64,000 nucleotides of DNA from an uncultured Acidobacteriota bacterium (GTDB lineage: Bacteria; Acidobacteriota; UBA6911), in contig CAWEJX010000007.1 in NCBI GenBank assembly GCA_963809485.1, forward strand, positions 640,001-704,000, given 5' to 3'. The notes under the pieces are model-generated. The model searched no databases, was not told the origin of the DNA, and worked only from the letters and a program-made list of their open reading frames with translations. Within the stretch, counting starts at the first letter, position 1; the number at the start of each line of letters is the position of its first letter. The translations under genes were made by a program, and so were the position numbers. Of this stretch, positions 19,340-29,113 are shown in pieces.

Positions 19340-19727
19340 ACTCCCGGCTCTGCCGGGGGACTCAAAGAGTTTGACAGCTCCGTATTTTGAAACGCTGAGG
19401 TACGCTGATAAAAGCGCTGACAAACGCCGATTTGTTCGGCGAGGGTCGGCGAGCAAAAGCCGATGAGGCGCTTCCGATGGAGTTTTCTGCGGCGGCACTG
19501 TGGCAAACGCCCGGTTTCTCATACCCTTCGTCTGCTTGCCGCACGGCGCTTGCCACAGTGCCGCCGCAGAAAACTGCCCAGCGCGGAGCGCTGGCCCCTG
19601 CGGGAATCGGAAGCGCCTCATCGGTTTTTGCCCGCGTAAGTCAGCGTTCAAGACCGGCGTAACTCTTCCAACCGCTTTGAGCGGTACAAATCTTTCAAGC
19701 CTCGGGCTTTGCCGGAGGTACCTGACT
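19335..19727 (+). mobile_element. Non-autonomous IS200/IS605-type palindromic element P, copy A (long form)
   Basis: Left hairpin GGTAAACTCCCGGCTCTGCCGGGGGACTC and right hairpin AAGCCTCGGGCTTTGCCGGAGGTACCTGAC; no tnpA; nested internal inverted repeats. Confidence 0.8.
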
Positions 19728-19744
19728 TCCGCCAAGACTCCGAA

Positions 19745-20173
19745 TCAGACCCGGAAGATTTCGCCGGTTGCCTTGCGCTTATAGAATCCTTTCTGCTGGA
19801 GCGGCCAGTTAAACTTGATGGCGCCGAGATTTAGACGAGGACACTCATTCACACAACAGCCGCAATACCAGCACTCTTCGGGATGGAGCGTAATTGGAGG
19901 TTGGCCTTTTTCCGGACTTGGCACGTATACGTCCACCTGGCACACATCAACACACGTGTTGCAGCCGTTGCAGATTTCAGGATTTCGAATGACCGGACTG
20001 TTCGGCGTAGCCACGTTGGGAAGCAGGTATACCTTTTCAGTATTGTCTTCCGCACTCTTGAGGATATCGCTGGCGCCCTCAAGAGTTACTGCGGCACCGG
20101 CCGCGCCGGCTACCGCACTCGCCTTCAGGAAATCCCTGCGTTTCATTGTCGAGCGTTTCTTTTCCTTCTTCAT
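19745..20173 (-). CDS. Tat-signal 2x[4Fe-4S] ferredoxin (AprB-like small subunit)
   Basis: KRRDFLKASAVAGAAG; CNGCNTCVDVC and ECWYCGCCVNECP; lies directly after an AprA-like flavoprotein. Confidence 0.88.
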   Translation of the reverse strand: MKKEKKRSTMKRRDFLKASAVAGAAGAAVTLEGASDILKSAEDNTEKVYLLPNVATPNSPVIRNPEICNGCNTCVDVCQVDVYVPSPEKGQPPITLHPEECWYCGCCVNECPRLNLGAIKFNWPLQQKGFYKRKATGEIFRV

Positions 20174-20229
20174 AGCCTTTCCTATCATTTATGGGTTTAG
20201 GCGAAATTGGAGCTTCTCCGCGACCCTGC

Positions 20230-22080
20230 TTAGCCGGCGTAAACCCCCTTGTAGTCCCTGTTGTGGGCTTCGTAGTTTTCTTTGAGAGTGCCCCAATAAG
20301 CCTGGGGCAGCTCTCCCACCTTCAGTTTGCCGTTCTCCTGCTTAAGAGTGATGAACTTCTTCCATTCGGGCGGATCCATTTGCGGATAGTCTATCCGTTG
20401 GAAGCCCAAATACCGGCTGCTGGCTTTACGCGCCAGTGAGCCTTGGATAATGAGCTGAGAGAAGGCAAGAATGCTCAAATCCTCAAGACTGCGCATCAGC
20501 TTGTGCGGGTCCAGGGCATATAGCTTCGGCACCCAGTTTTGTTCAATGTCCTTGAGCGCACTCAGTCCCATGTTAAGAAGCTTTTCGGTTTTATATTCGC
20601 TGCAGAAGTATTGCATTGTCCGCGCAATTCCGGCGTGCAGCTCTTTCCACTCCATGCCTTCCTTCCTTTTGATCGGGGCATAGATGCGTGTCTTTTCACG
20701 CGCGATCTGCTCCGTTGATATTGCCGGCCGGCTTGCCTGCGAGGCATAGGCAGCCGCTTTTCTGCCGGCATACCTGCCGGTGGAAGCTGCGTAGCTATGA
20801 TCCCCTGGGGAATACATCTGCTCTCCGGCAGCATACAGCCCCTCCAGAGTTGTCTTCAAATCCCAGTCGACCACAACGCCGCCGCGGGCAGTCATGCTGT
20901 CGGGAGAGCGGAAATGGGCGGGGCTGGCGCCCTCAATCAAAGTGTGGTTCATCATCATATCCTTCTTGGGATCATATCCGGCGTCCTCAAAACACCGTCG
21001 CATTGCCAGTGCCGTTGACTCTTCCCTGTACCCCAAATCCCAATTGATCTTCCTCCAGCCTTCCGACATAGCGGGGAAATCCCCCCAGAAAGGCAGGGCA
21101 TATTCTCCTTTCAGCACAGCCTCCCGATTCGCCTCCCCGCTCTTTAATGGTTTGCCGTTGTCATCGACGGATGGAACCATTTCGAAAACAGGATCGTTGC
21201 CGCCTGAATCGATCTTGTGCTTATAGCCGGTTCCCAGGACCAGAAGCCCGGACTTCTCCATCGCGGTAAGCTCGGCGCCGGCCCTATAGGCCATAACCGT
21301 GCCGTCGCCTGCCGCGTTGCGGGACCTGAAGGTTGAAATACCCGCCAGTTCCGTGTTGAAAACCCAGATGGATCCCACTCCTGCCGTGGCCAGGATGATC
21401 GCTTTGGCTTTAAAAATCATGAATTCGCCGGTTCTGGTATTGACTCCGGTGGCGCCTGCCGCCCTTGCGCCCTGGATGCCCTTTTCGTTCAGCAGGCTGG
21501 TGACCATAATCCTGTCGTAGATCGTGACTCCCAAACGCTGGCATTCCTTCCTTAATTTTGGCTTAAGCGTCGATCCCCAAAAGCGAAAAGCTGCATTAAG
21601 CGGGTCGTATCGGGCGGCGACTATGATTTTGGTTTTATCATCGCGGCCCGGGGCGCCCACGTACTCATCATCCGTATCCCGGACTTTGCAGCCAAGCTTC
21701 TCCATTTCCAGAAACGTGTCGTAGCTTTCCCGGCATTGTATTTCGCGTCCAATGCCGCAGGCGTATCCGCCCTCATTGTCGATGATGCTCTGGCATCGTT
21801 TTTCAGGGTCCATCTTGGATAGAGGGCTCGTCATGGGATTTTCCCAGTGATCGCCTCCCGGTCCTCCAGCTCCGCTTCTTATCGTTGCCCCTTTTTCGGC
21901 CAGGGCAACCCTGACGCCTTTGTTTCTGGCGGCGCTGATGGCCGCCCAGCATCCGGAAATGCCGCCGCCGATAACCAGGATATCCGTGTCAATTTCCTGT
22001 TCCTGTTTGTAATGTATCGGGTACGGCCATTCAGGCACGCCTTTACCTTTTCGCATGAGCTCATGCCACGAAGAAGTCAT
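20230..22080 (-). CDS. AprA/SdhA-like FAD flavoprotein
   Basis: DILVIGGGISGCWAA, RSGAGG, AIILATAG, GDGTVMAYRAGA, GLYAAGE, LARKAS...RIDYP C-terminal domain; RBS GGAGG. Confidence 0.9.
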   Translation of the reverse strand: MTSSWHELMRKGKGVPEWPYPIHYKQEQEIDTDILVIGGGISGCWAAISAARNKGVRVALAEKGATIRSGAGGPGGDHWENPMTSPLSKMDPEKRCQSIIDNEGGYACGIGREIQCRESYDTFLEMEKLGCKVRDTDDEYVGAPGRDDKTKIIVAARYDPLNAAFRFWGSTLKPKLRKECQRLGVTIYDRIMVTSLLNEKGIQGARAAGATGVNTRTGEFMIFKAKAIILATAGVGSIWVFNTELAGISTFRSRNAAGDGTVMAYRAGAELTAMEKSGLLVLGTGYKHKIDSGGNDPVFEMVPSVDDNGKPLKSGEANREAVLKGEYALPFWGDFPAMSEGWRKINWDLGYREESTALAMRRCFEDAGYDPKKDMMMNHTLIEGASPAHFRSPDSMTARGGVVVDWDLKTTLEGLYAAGEQMYSPGDHSYAASTGRYAGRKAAAYASQASRPAISTEQIAREKTRIYAPIKRKEGMEWKELHAGIARTMQYFCSEYKTEKLLNMGLSALKDIEQNWVPKLYALDPHKLMRSLEDLSILAFSQLIIQGSLARKASSRYLGFQRIDYPQMDPPEWKKFITLKQENGKLKVGELPQAYWGTLKENYEAHNRDYKGVYAG

Positions 22081-22481
22081 GTTCCAGCCTCCATCCGGGC
22101 GCGGATGCGCCTGTTCTAACCAGCAAGTTGTTGTTTGCAAACACAGAGATTATGGCGACCATGCTTTTGGGGAGCAACTCTTTTCTCGGAGCAATCGATG
22201 ACATTGAGGACTGAAATGGAGGACGGCCACCTTCTTTCGCTCCTCCCGCTCCGAGTAGAAATTCAGGTTGCAGGTCGAGATACAGCCGAGCGCAGGAGTC
22301 GTTGACCCCGATGGCGGCACGCCGCCGGATATCGGCGAGAAAGCGAGCTCATGCTCGATTATTTCACTGAAAGGCTTGTTTGCATGAAGTGATTCGATGA
22401 AATGTGCCGGGGTGCAAGCCCACCGATCAGCGGAATTCACAACCCGTGCAACCCGTTACTTGCCTTTCCTTTCTTAACTAT

Positions 22482-23066
22482 CTATCTCTTGGACCAGTAT
22501 TGGACCTCGTATTTGGAAGTGAGCGCCACTGCCATACACAGAAAGGGCTGCTGTATTTTTAAGGTATACGTTGGGTTGTGCCACACCCCTTTAGGAATGA
22601 CGACAACGGTGGGAGTCGAAAATATGTGGTCCTCCATCCCACCATCCCCCGGGCCGATCTGAAAGTTCACCTCTGCTCCGAGCTCGATGCTTTTTGGATC
22701 GGACCCTATGAAATACATGGCTTCATCGTGATCATGGATGTGGGGCTCTGTCGATCTGCCCAACAGTCCGGTCTTGGTTCCGAACGCCCAAATGATATTG
22801 CAGGGGAATCCATTGAGTTTTTCGGCACCGGTTGAAAACATACAGGTCTCGGCCATCTTTCTGATGGGTAGTGGAACAATGCACCTTCCGTACTTGCTCT
22901 TGCCATCGGAGGTCTCTTGGGAAACGACACCCTGCAGAAGCGGGCTCGCATTGACAGTCCAACCAAGCATAGCGCCTGCAGCGGCAACAGCGGCGCTGCC
23001 GACCGTCACCTCCTTCACGAATCCCCTTCGGGATGTGCCGTCATTCTTCCTATGAATTGAACCCAT
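22482..23066 (-). CDS. Tat-exported cupin-fold protein (paralog 4)
   Basis: SRRGFVK; SKYGRCIV; PHIHDHDE...IPKGVWHNP; RBS AAGGAG. Confidence 0.85.
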   Translation of the reverse strand: MGSIHRKNDGTSRRGFVKEVTVGSAAVAAAGAMLGWTVNASPLLQGVVSQETSDGKSKYGRCIVPLPIRKMAETCMFSTGAEKLNGFPCNIIWAFGTKTGLLGRSTEPHIHDHDEAMYFIGSDPKSIELGAEVNFQIGPGDGGMEDHIFSTPTVVVIPKGVWHNPTYTLKIQQPFLCMAVALTSKYEVQYWSKR

Positions 23067-23704
23067 CGCTGTTTCTCCTTTTACAGAAATTTGTGAATGC
23101 CTCCGCGAATGCTTCCCTGAGCCCGTTCATTTATCCGGAAGATATGCCCCATTGTGCCGTTTCCCAATGGACCGCGCTGTTGTCTGTAGTCGGTGCCGTA
23201 CGCTGCTCCGGTCCTGAACTGGCCGGGAGCGGGATCGGGCCAGACTAATCAGCAATCCGCGCGTCATCGTCCTGTCTCTCGATTGTTTCAATCAGCGCTC
23301 TATCGCCCGGACCTTGGGAACCCACAGAGCCACCGCGAAAAGCACGACCAACAGTTAGTAAGCGAGCCATGAAAATCTGATGCGCAGTCAGAACTCATCC
23401 CCTGGAACATGACACCAGCCCACAAATGCACCATCAGCATGTATCGACGAATCCGCCGCAGCCATTCCCGCAATCGGAAGTAACGGGAAACGGATGAATC
23501 CATCATGATAATCCTATATTATAGCGAATCGGGTCGATAAGCCCATCCATATGGGTTATCTTGCGAAAGAAGTTATACGATGTTCCTGAGGGAAATAAGA
23601 TGCAGTTCTGGGATTACGGAATCGCCTGTCATAGGCTGGGAAAACCCCTGTTGAGGTAGAAACGAGGGAAAATGACAATGGGTTGCGGGAAGAAGGAGGG
23701 AAAA

Positions 23705-24241
23705 ATGGCTGCGCTCAGGAAATGCCTCAAATACATAGCCGCAGGTGTTATGGGTCTGGCTGTTTCGGGTTCATCCGGCTGTTCGGAACCAACGCCATCC
23801 ATCAAAGACCTGGGAAGGAGAGTTCAGGTTTTGGAGGATCTCGAGGAAATCAAGAAACTGCATCAGAAGTATATCAACCTCATGGATAACCTTCGCTATG
23901 ATCAAGTGCTGGAGCTTTTCACGGAAGATGCGATTGTGGAAATCCGAAATTACGGAATCAGGAGGGGCCGGAAGGAAATATCGGAGGTCTATATAGGGAC
24001 ATTGGCCAAAAATCGGGGCGATAAGCGGTACGACGGACATATGGCGGTTGAGCCCGACATCCGGGTTAACGGAAACACCGCAAGCGGCTCCTGGCTGATT
24101 TATATGCTTTTCTCCAAACCCTCCATCCAATGGGTGCAGGGGATGAATGAATGCGAGTACAGAAAAGAGCGCGGCGAATGGAGGATCAGCCGGCTCAAGT
24201 TTACCCGCACACTGGCTTCAGATCCGGCGTTGTATCCCTAG
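23705..24241 (+). CDS. SnoaL_4/NTF2-family protein, probably a lipoprotein
   Basis: Signal ending SSGC; LEDLEEIKKLHQKY, LFTEDA, EYRKERGEWRI. Confidence 0.85.
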   Translation: MAALRKCLKYIAAGVMGLAVSGSSGCSEPTPSIKDLGRRVQVLEDLEEIKKLHQKYINLMDNLRYDQVLELFTEDAIVEIRNYGIRRGRKEISEVYIGTLAKNRGDKRYDGHMAVEPDIRVNGNTASGSWLIYMLFSKPSIQWVQGMNECEYRKERGEWRISRLKFTRTLASDPALYP

Positions 24242-24376
24242 CGAAAATGCAAGATGCCGGCTTTGCCGGAGGTGCCCGACTGCAAAAACGGGCCGGACTT
24301 CCATGATGTTGATTTCTACACACCGGCTTCCTGAACTTGAATATTTCCTGCAACGGTGAGGGTATCCAGGATCCCG

Positions 24377-24877
24377 CTACTCCAGTCGTTTGAACCGGTA
24401 CTTCACGGCCATGTCGCCATAGCCCATTTTCCCATCCGCTGAAGGCTTGATGCCCTCCATTCCCGGCATTTTCATTTTGTCGTATTGCGGTTCCAGGATA
24501 AGAATATTGTCCCCTTCCATGGAACATTTGAACGTCATCGATCCCAAAACGGGGAATGCGGATGCCATATGATGAACAACCAGCTCTTTCCCGTCAAATT
24601 CATAGGTCCCGGCATCCGCTGCTTTGGAATTGGCGGTGCTTGATTTTTCCGCCAAATCGCGAATAGCACTGTAATATTTCTCCGTAATGAAAATCATGAA
24701 CGCCTTTGGAACGATCGTTTTCCTGTTTTGAACGGTTCCCGTGTCCATCGTCTCGATCGACCATACACCTCGAATTTTTTTCGCGTCAACCGAGGCCGGC
24801 TCTTTAGGTTCCGCATGACAAACCGTTAAAAGCAACACGGCAATAACGATACAGGTGGAAAATGAAGCATACTTCAT
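24377..24877 (-). CDS. Secreted lipocalin-like beta-barrel protein
   Basis: Signal peptide, IRGVWSIE, AGTYEFDG, C-terminal YRFKRLE; RBS AAGGAG. Confidence 0.7.
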   Translation of the reverse strand: MKYASFSTCIVIAVLLLTVCHAEPKEPASVDAKKIRGVWSIETMDTGTVQNRKTIVPKAFMIFITEKYYSAIRDLAEKSSTANSKAADAGTYEFDGKELVVHHMASAFPVLGSMTFKCSMEGDNILILEPQYDKMKMPGMEGIKPSADGKMGYGDMAVKYRFKRLE

Positions 24878-25005
24878 AAAACGTCTCCTTTTGGGGGGGC
24901 GGATTCGGGAAACAACAAACATCAGATAAACCCTGTTTATACAGGTTGCACTGCCGTTCGGAAAAACGATCGCTTTCCTCAGCGAATTGATGTTTGTCGG
25001 AGAGA

Positions 25006-25980
25006 TCATTTGAATAGAGGCCCGGCCCAGCCATCCCCTAATCCATAGGGTACCTGGACCCCGACAGCAAAGGTGTCGCGAATCTTGCCGCTCTTTATCT
25101 TAAACATCTCGGATATCGGCATGCTGTTCGGCCTCCGTTCGTAGGAATTACGTGTGCTTCCGTCCCTCATCTGGACTGTGAGCACACCCCGGTGGTTGAA
25201 ATTGTACACACCCCAGGTAGTACCCCTTTCTTCATCAACTACCGCAACGCGCCGCGGGCGAATGCTATAGATGGTTTTGAGAATTCCCGAACTCAATCCA
25301 TCTCGGCATGTAGAACCGCTTGGTATGGCGCTCGGCGCGTCTGCCGGAGTTGCGGCAGGGGCAGCCGGTGCATTGGCAGGGCTAGGGCTGGCCCTCAGCA
25401 TGCCGTTTTCAAGGCGGTAACATTCCGGATCCCAGGGAACGATATCGCCATCGGTCTTTTCGATCCCGTCGAAATAGAGGTTGGAGATCCTAATGAGCTC
25501 TTGGCGTGACACCCGCTCTGAGGGAGGAAGGGGCTCGGAAAACGCAGGCGGCGGGGTTTTTAAATTCACAAGGCTTTTTTCGCTCACGTTGCGGACCACT
25601 ATCGATTCAGCCTCTGTGATCTGCCTGTTCACAACCTTGAGACGCAATGAAAGAAGAACAGGCGAATCGTGTTCCTTGACGATGCCGACGTATCCGACCT
25701 GCCCTGCCTGGGGATCAGAGACGTAGAATTTGTAGTCGCCAAGGCCCGTGGCTGTAAACCAAAGGCCCTCTGTGGGAGGAAGCTTTACGGCGTTCTCCGT
25801 AAATTTGAAGGTTTTGGCGAATGGCGCTTTGGAAGCATCGTGCGCCGTCATGGCCGCAAGATACTGGTTAACCGTGCCCTCCAAGCAAGCACGATCGCAC
25901 GAACCGGATTTTTTGCCTTGAGCGGCCAGAGTTCCCACCGCCAAAATCACCATAATCACAATCACGAAACACTTCCGCAT
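25006..25980 (-). CDS. Secreted CDRxCL-family protein (paralog of 15484-16344)
   Basis: SCDRACLEGTVNQYLAAM, FTEN, LRLKVVNRQITEAES, RLENG, EMFKIKSGKI. Confidence 0.82.
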   Translation of the reverse strand: MRKCFVIVIMVILAVGTLAAQGKKSGSCDRACLEGTVNQYLAAMTAHDASKAPFAKTFKFTENAVKLPPTEGLWFTATGLGDYKFYVSDPQAGQVGYVGIVKEHDSPVLLSLRLKVVNRQITEAESIVVRNVSEKSLVNLKTPPPAFSEPLPPSERVSRQELIRISNLYFDGIEKTDGDIVPWDPECYRLENGMLRASPSPANAPAAPAATPADAPSAIPSGSTCRDGLSSGILKTIYSIRPRRVAVVDEERGTTWGVYNFNHRGVLTVQMRDGSTRNSYERRPNSMPISEMFKIKSGKIRDTFAVGVQVPYGLGDGWAGPLFK

Positions 25981-26504
25981 AGTATCCCTCCGTCGATACA
26001 TCTATGTTTGAAACTGCCCTAAGGAATGGCGCAAAGCTGCGCTATGCTTGCCACATGAACCTGCCGCCGGCCGCTGATTGAAAATATTGCCACCATGAAA
26101 CAGGCGGGCACGATCTCTTGATAGAAAATTTGTTTTCCCATGACGCGCGCGGCGCCGGGTTCGGTTCACAGGACAAGGACCGGTAGAAATTTATCTATCC
26201 GCTGCCGAACTCAGCACCAGGCACATTCTATGCGCTTGGCATCTGCGATTCCAACAGAAATCAAGGCTCGTCGCGCAGGCCTGCCTTTCGCAAAAGGGCG
26301 CAAAAGGCGCCTGCCCCAGGCGATTTACCTGATCATCCCCTCGGAGCGGCTGAGAAATTGGCAAACGGGGGTTGACGTCCCCGATTTCCAATCGACATTT
26401 TGGTAAGTTCCAGCCACGACCTCGATCACGGGACACGTCAGCGGTCCCTGCAATCAATGTTTCTGCGGGGGCGCATTAAGGGATGCCCATTGCGTTGCGC
26501 GCAC

Positions 26505-27440
26505 TCAGGCTTCTCGACGTACTGCTATGATTATGGCGAAGTCATGTTTGAGTGTCCCATTTGCGATCCATTGATCCTCCACGTCGAACAAATGCTGAAG
26601 GTACTCCATCGCCTCCGGATCCTTTTCATCAAAATTTCCAGCGATCTGATCCAACAAGAGATGCAGTAGGCTCCCTCCGCAACCTTTCATATCGACGACA
26701 TCGAAGAACTTGGAAACCAACGGTAGAATCTCGGACGATCGAATTGCCTCTGAAGGATCGAACAAGTTAATCTCTTGAAGGCATAATCGCGTTACGGGGT
26801 TTTTGAGGATCCCCGGGGAGTTTATGCACCGTTTGAAACGTTCGGGAAGCACCGCAATTTGAGCATTGATTGCTGCAAGTTGCGAATCGGGCCATTGAAA
26901 TTGAGAGGGCCCAATAAACTCATCCAGGAAAAAGTACCCTCCAGGCTTGAGACTCCTCGAGACCTGTTTGAAGAGGCGCTCAAGAGCAGCTACGTGATGA
27001 ATAGAACCAATGCCGAAAATGACGTCGTAATATTTTGGGGGCAGTCGGATATAATTAAGATCACCGACACGATACATGAGATTATTGAAACCAGCTTCTT
27101 TCGCCAATCGGGCGGCCTCGGCAACGGCCCCGTCAGAAATGTCCACGCCCTCATGCCGCAACGCAAAACCGTATTGCGATAAGCCCCTTTCGAGTTCGCC
27201 GTGCCCGCATCCCAATGTGAGCGCCCGCTCCACTGGCATTCTGTCTTGAAGGTAATGCTCCATGAAATAGTTAAAGCGATTTTTGAACCGGTCTCCGCTG
27301 GTCAGCAGGTTCAATCGCTCTTGCACCTTCGAATGCTGTGTCCAATGTATGCATTCGGCGCCTCGCCAAGCTGTGGCGGCCGCTCCTTTCCCCCATACGT
27401 CCTTTACTTTTTTTATTTTGATTTTATCTAAAAATCGCAT
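26505..27440 (-). CDS. Class I SAM-dependent methyltransferase (start uncertain)
   Basis: ALTLGCGHG motif I, GVDIS, GDLN, SIHHV, LKPGGYFFLDEF. Confidence 0.85.
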   Translation of the reverse strand: MRFLDKIKIKKVKDVWGKGAAATAWRGAECIHWTQHSKVQERLNLLTSGDRFKNRFNYFMEHYLQDRMPVERALTLGCGHGELERGLSQYGFALRHEGVDISDGAVAEAARLAKEAGFNNLMYRVGDLNYIRLPPKYYDVIFGIGSIHHVAALERLFKQVSRSLKPGGYFFLDEFIGPSQFQWPDSQLAAINAQIAVLPERFKRCINSPGILKNPVTRLCLQEINLFDPSEAIRSSEILPLVSKFFDVVDMKGCGGSLLHLLLDQIAGNFDEKDPEAMEYLQHLFDVEDQWIANGTLKHDFAIIIAVRREA

Positions 27441-27593
27441 CCTGTATTGTTTCTGTGTCCATTCAGTTGTACATCGCATGCCATTATAATGCAGCGTAGT
27501 GGAATGTGTCTTGTATTCGTCTTCTGCTTGCACGATCGAGCCGGTTTTCGCGCAAGAGAGGATTGGCAAAAAGCGCACAAAGGTCATCCGAGG

Positions 27594-27779
27594 TGTCAGG
27601 TGCCTCCGGCAAAGCCGCAGGCTTTAAAGATTTGAACCGCTCAAAGCGGTTGGAGGAGTTAGGCCGGTCTTGAACGCTGACTTCCGCCGAACCTCGCCGA
27701 ACAAATCGGCGTTTGTCAGCGTTTCAAAATACGGAGCTGTCAAACTCTTTGAGTCCCCCGGCCGAGCCGGGGATTTGCC
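27594..27779 (-). mobile_element. Element P, copy B (shortest form)
   Basis: Reverse complement of the same two terminal hairpins, with minimal interior. Confidence 0.8.
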
Positions 27780-27830
27780 CCGGAATAGACGCCTGCCACC
27801 GCAAAACGGCAGCTTGAACTTCGTGTTCCC

Positions 27831-27839
27831 TGATATAAT
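27831..27839 (+). promoter_or_regulatory. Extended -10 promoter upstream of cupin paralog 5
   Basis: TGaTATAAT about 110 bp upstream of the start. Confidence 0.5.
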
Positions 27840-27947
27840 GCGCTTCCATTCTTTGATGTGCAGCATTCTTTGACGTGCAGTTAGGAAGAAGTTTCTCCAC
27901 GGGCCCGCAAGGGAAAGGAAACAGGCGGCTATCTCATCGGAGGTTTT

Positions 27948-28562
27948 ATGAAAGCCAAGTCATCACGCAGGACGTTTTTGCAGGCAGGATTAGGTTTGCC
28001 CGCAGCTGGGTTTGTTATCAATCCAATTAGCCTGCAGGCGGCTTTTCAGCAGTCCACAGGACAGCGGCAGCCCGCAATTTACACGGGAGGGAGCCAAAAG
28101 AGTCAATCAAAATTTGAACAGTACATTGTAAGAGACTTGTGGCATAAATCGTACCCTCAGGACTTCCATGTCGAGGTTACAAAACCAGTTCTCGGTCTGA
28201 GGATGAAAAAGGAGGAAGGTACCACCTATTCTCCCTTCGCGTTATCCTGGGTGCCGATAACGAAAGAGTTTTTAATGGCACCGGAACCTCACATCCATGA
28301 CTGGGACGAGTTTCTCATGTTCATCGGCGGAGATACGACCAACCTGTTAAACCTGGGGGGTGAGGTCGAATTTTCTTTAGGGGACGATCCGAATAATATG
28401 GAAAAGTTTGTCTTTACCTCTCCTGCGGTCGTTCATCTGACCAAAGGATTGTGGCATTGCCCACTCAATTTCAAGCGAGTCGATGATCCTTCCAAGCCGG
28501 TCCTTTTCACGAACCTGATGTTTTCAACCGATTACACGGCGAGAAAAGCACCCAAACAATAA
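27948..28562 (+). CDS. Tat-exported cupin-fold protein (paralog 5)
   Basis: SRRTFLQ; SKFEQYIV; PHIHDWDE...TKGLWHCP; RBS GGAGG. Confidence 0.85.
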   Translation: MKAKSSRRTFLQAGLGLPAAGFVINPISLQAAFQQSTGQRQPAIYTGGSQKSQSKFEQYIVRDLWHKSYPQDFHVEVTKPVLGLRMKKEEGTTYSPFALSWVPITKEFLMAPEPHIHDWDEFLMFIGGDTTNLLNLGGEVEFSLGDDPNNMEKFVFTSPAVVHLTKGLWHCPLNFKRVDDPSKPVLFTNLMFSTDYTARKAPKQ

Positions 28563-29113
28563 AATGGCGACGGAATCGCAAGTGATCTCTTAGGGGCCGC
28601 GATAAAGACAGCAGAAAAGACGATCCGGTTAGAGTTTTGCCTTTCTGAGAAGCTCAGACATTTTATCGCCTGGGACCGATGCTATTCCATGCATTGCCCC
28701 GAGTGTAGGATGTCGCTGTCTCCGCCTGATTTGCCCAATACAAGTAATATCAAGCCTACAGATATCTGCCAATTACCGCTGACTCATTGCTTCCTTTAGC
28801 CGCAGCTCCTTTACCAAACCGGCGCAACGGTGGAACGAGGTTGCATGAAGGCGAGATCAGTGCTTGTATGGAAAAGGCGTTAAGGGTCCAGAAAACTCCG
28901 TACAGCACTGGAAGAAGCCGATAGCTTGTTTATTGACTTAAATCCATCCCCCTCGGTCCGGAAATTTGCCAATTTGCTCGTAGAAGCGGTTTGAAATAGC
29001 CTGGTTTTTTGGCGGTTTGTGCTTTGGCGCCGATCTCTAAACGACCTATAATCCTTTGCGATGCAATCATTTCTCTATTGCATCACGCTCAATATTCAAA
29101 GAGGAGATGCGTG

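Noticed and set aside
18908-19784. ORFs with VRYLRQSRRLE / DSKSLTAPYFETL (also at 27.6, 31.5, 33.7 and 45.4 kb)
   Set aside because: Recurrent translations of palindromic element P; no HUH motif, so not a TnpA.
20230-22080. True APS reductase (aprA) indicating sulfate reduction
   Set aside because: Divergent motif region (RSGAGGPGGDHW), a Tat-bearing partner, and no sat/qmo/dsr context.
23300-23506. ORF with VHLWAG, PepSY-TM-like start
   Set aside because: Similarity is limited to a few residues; cannot be supported.
26357-26392. Hairpin with a GGGGAC motif, a possible TIR remnant
   Set aside because: Single short copy; insufficient evidence.
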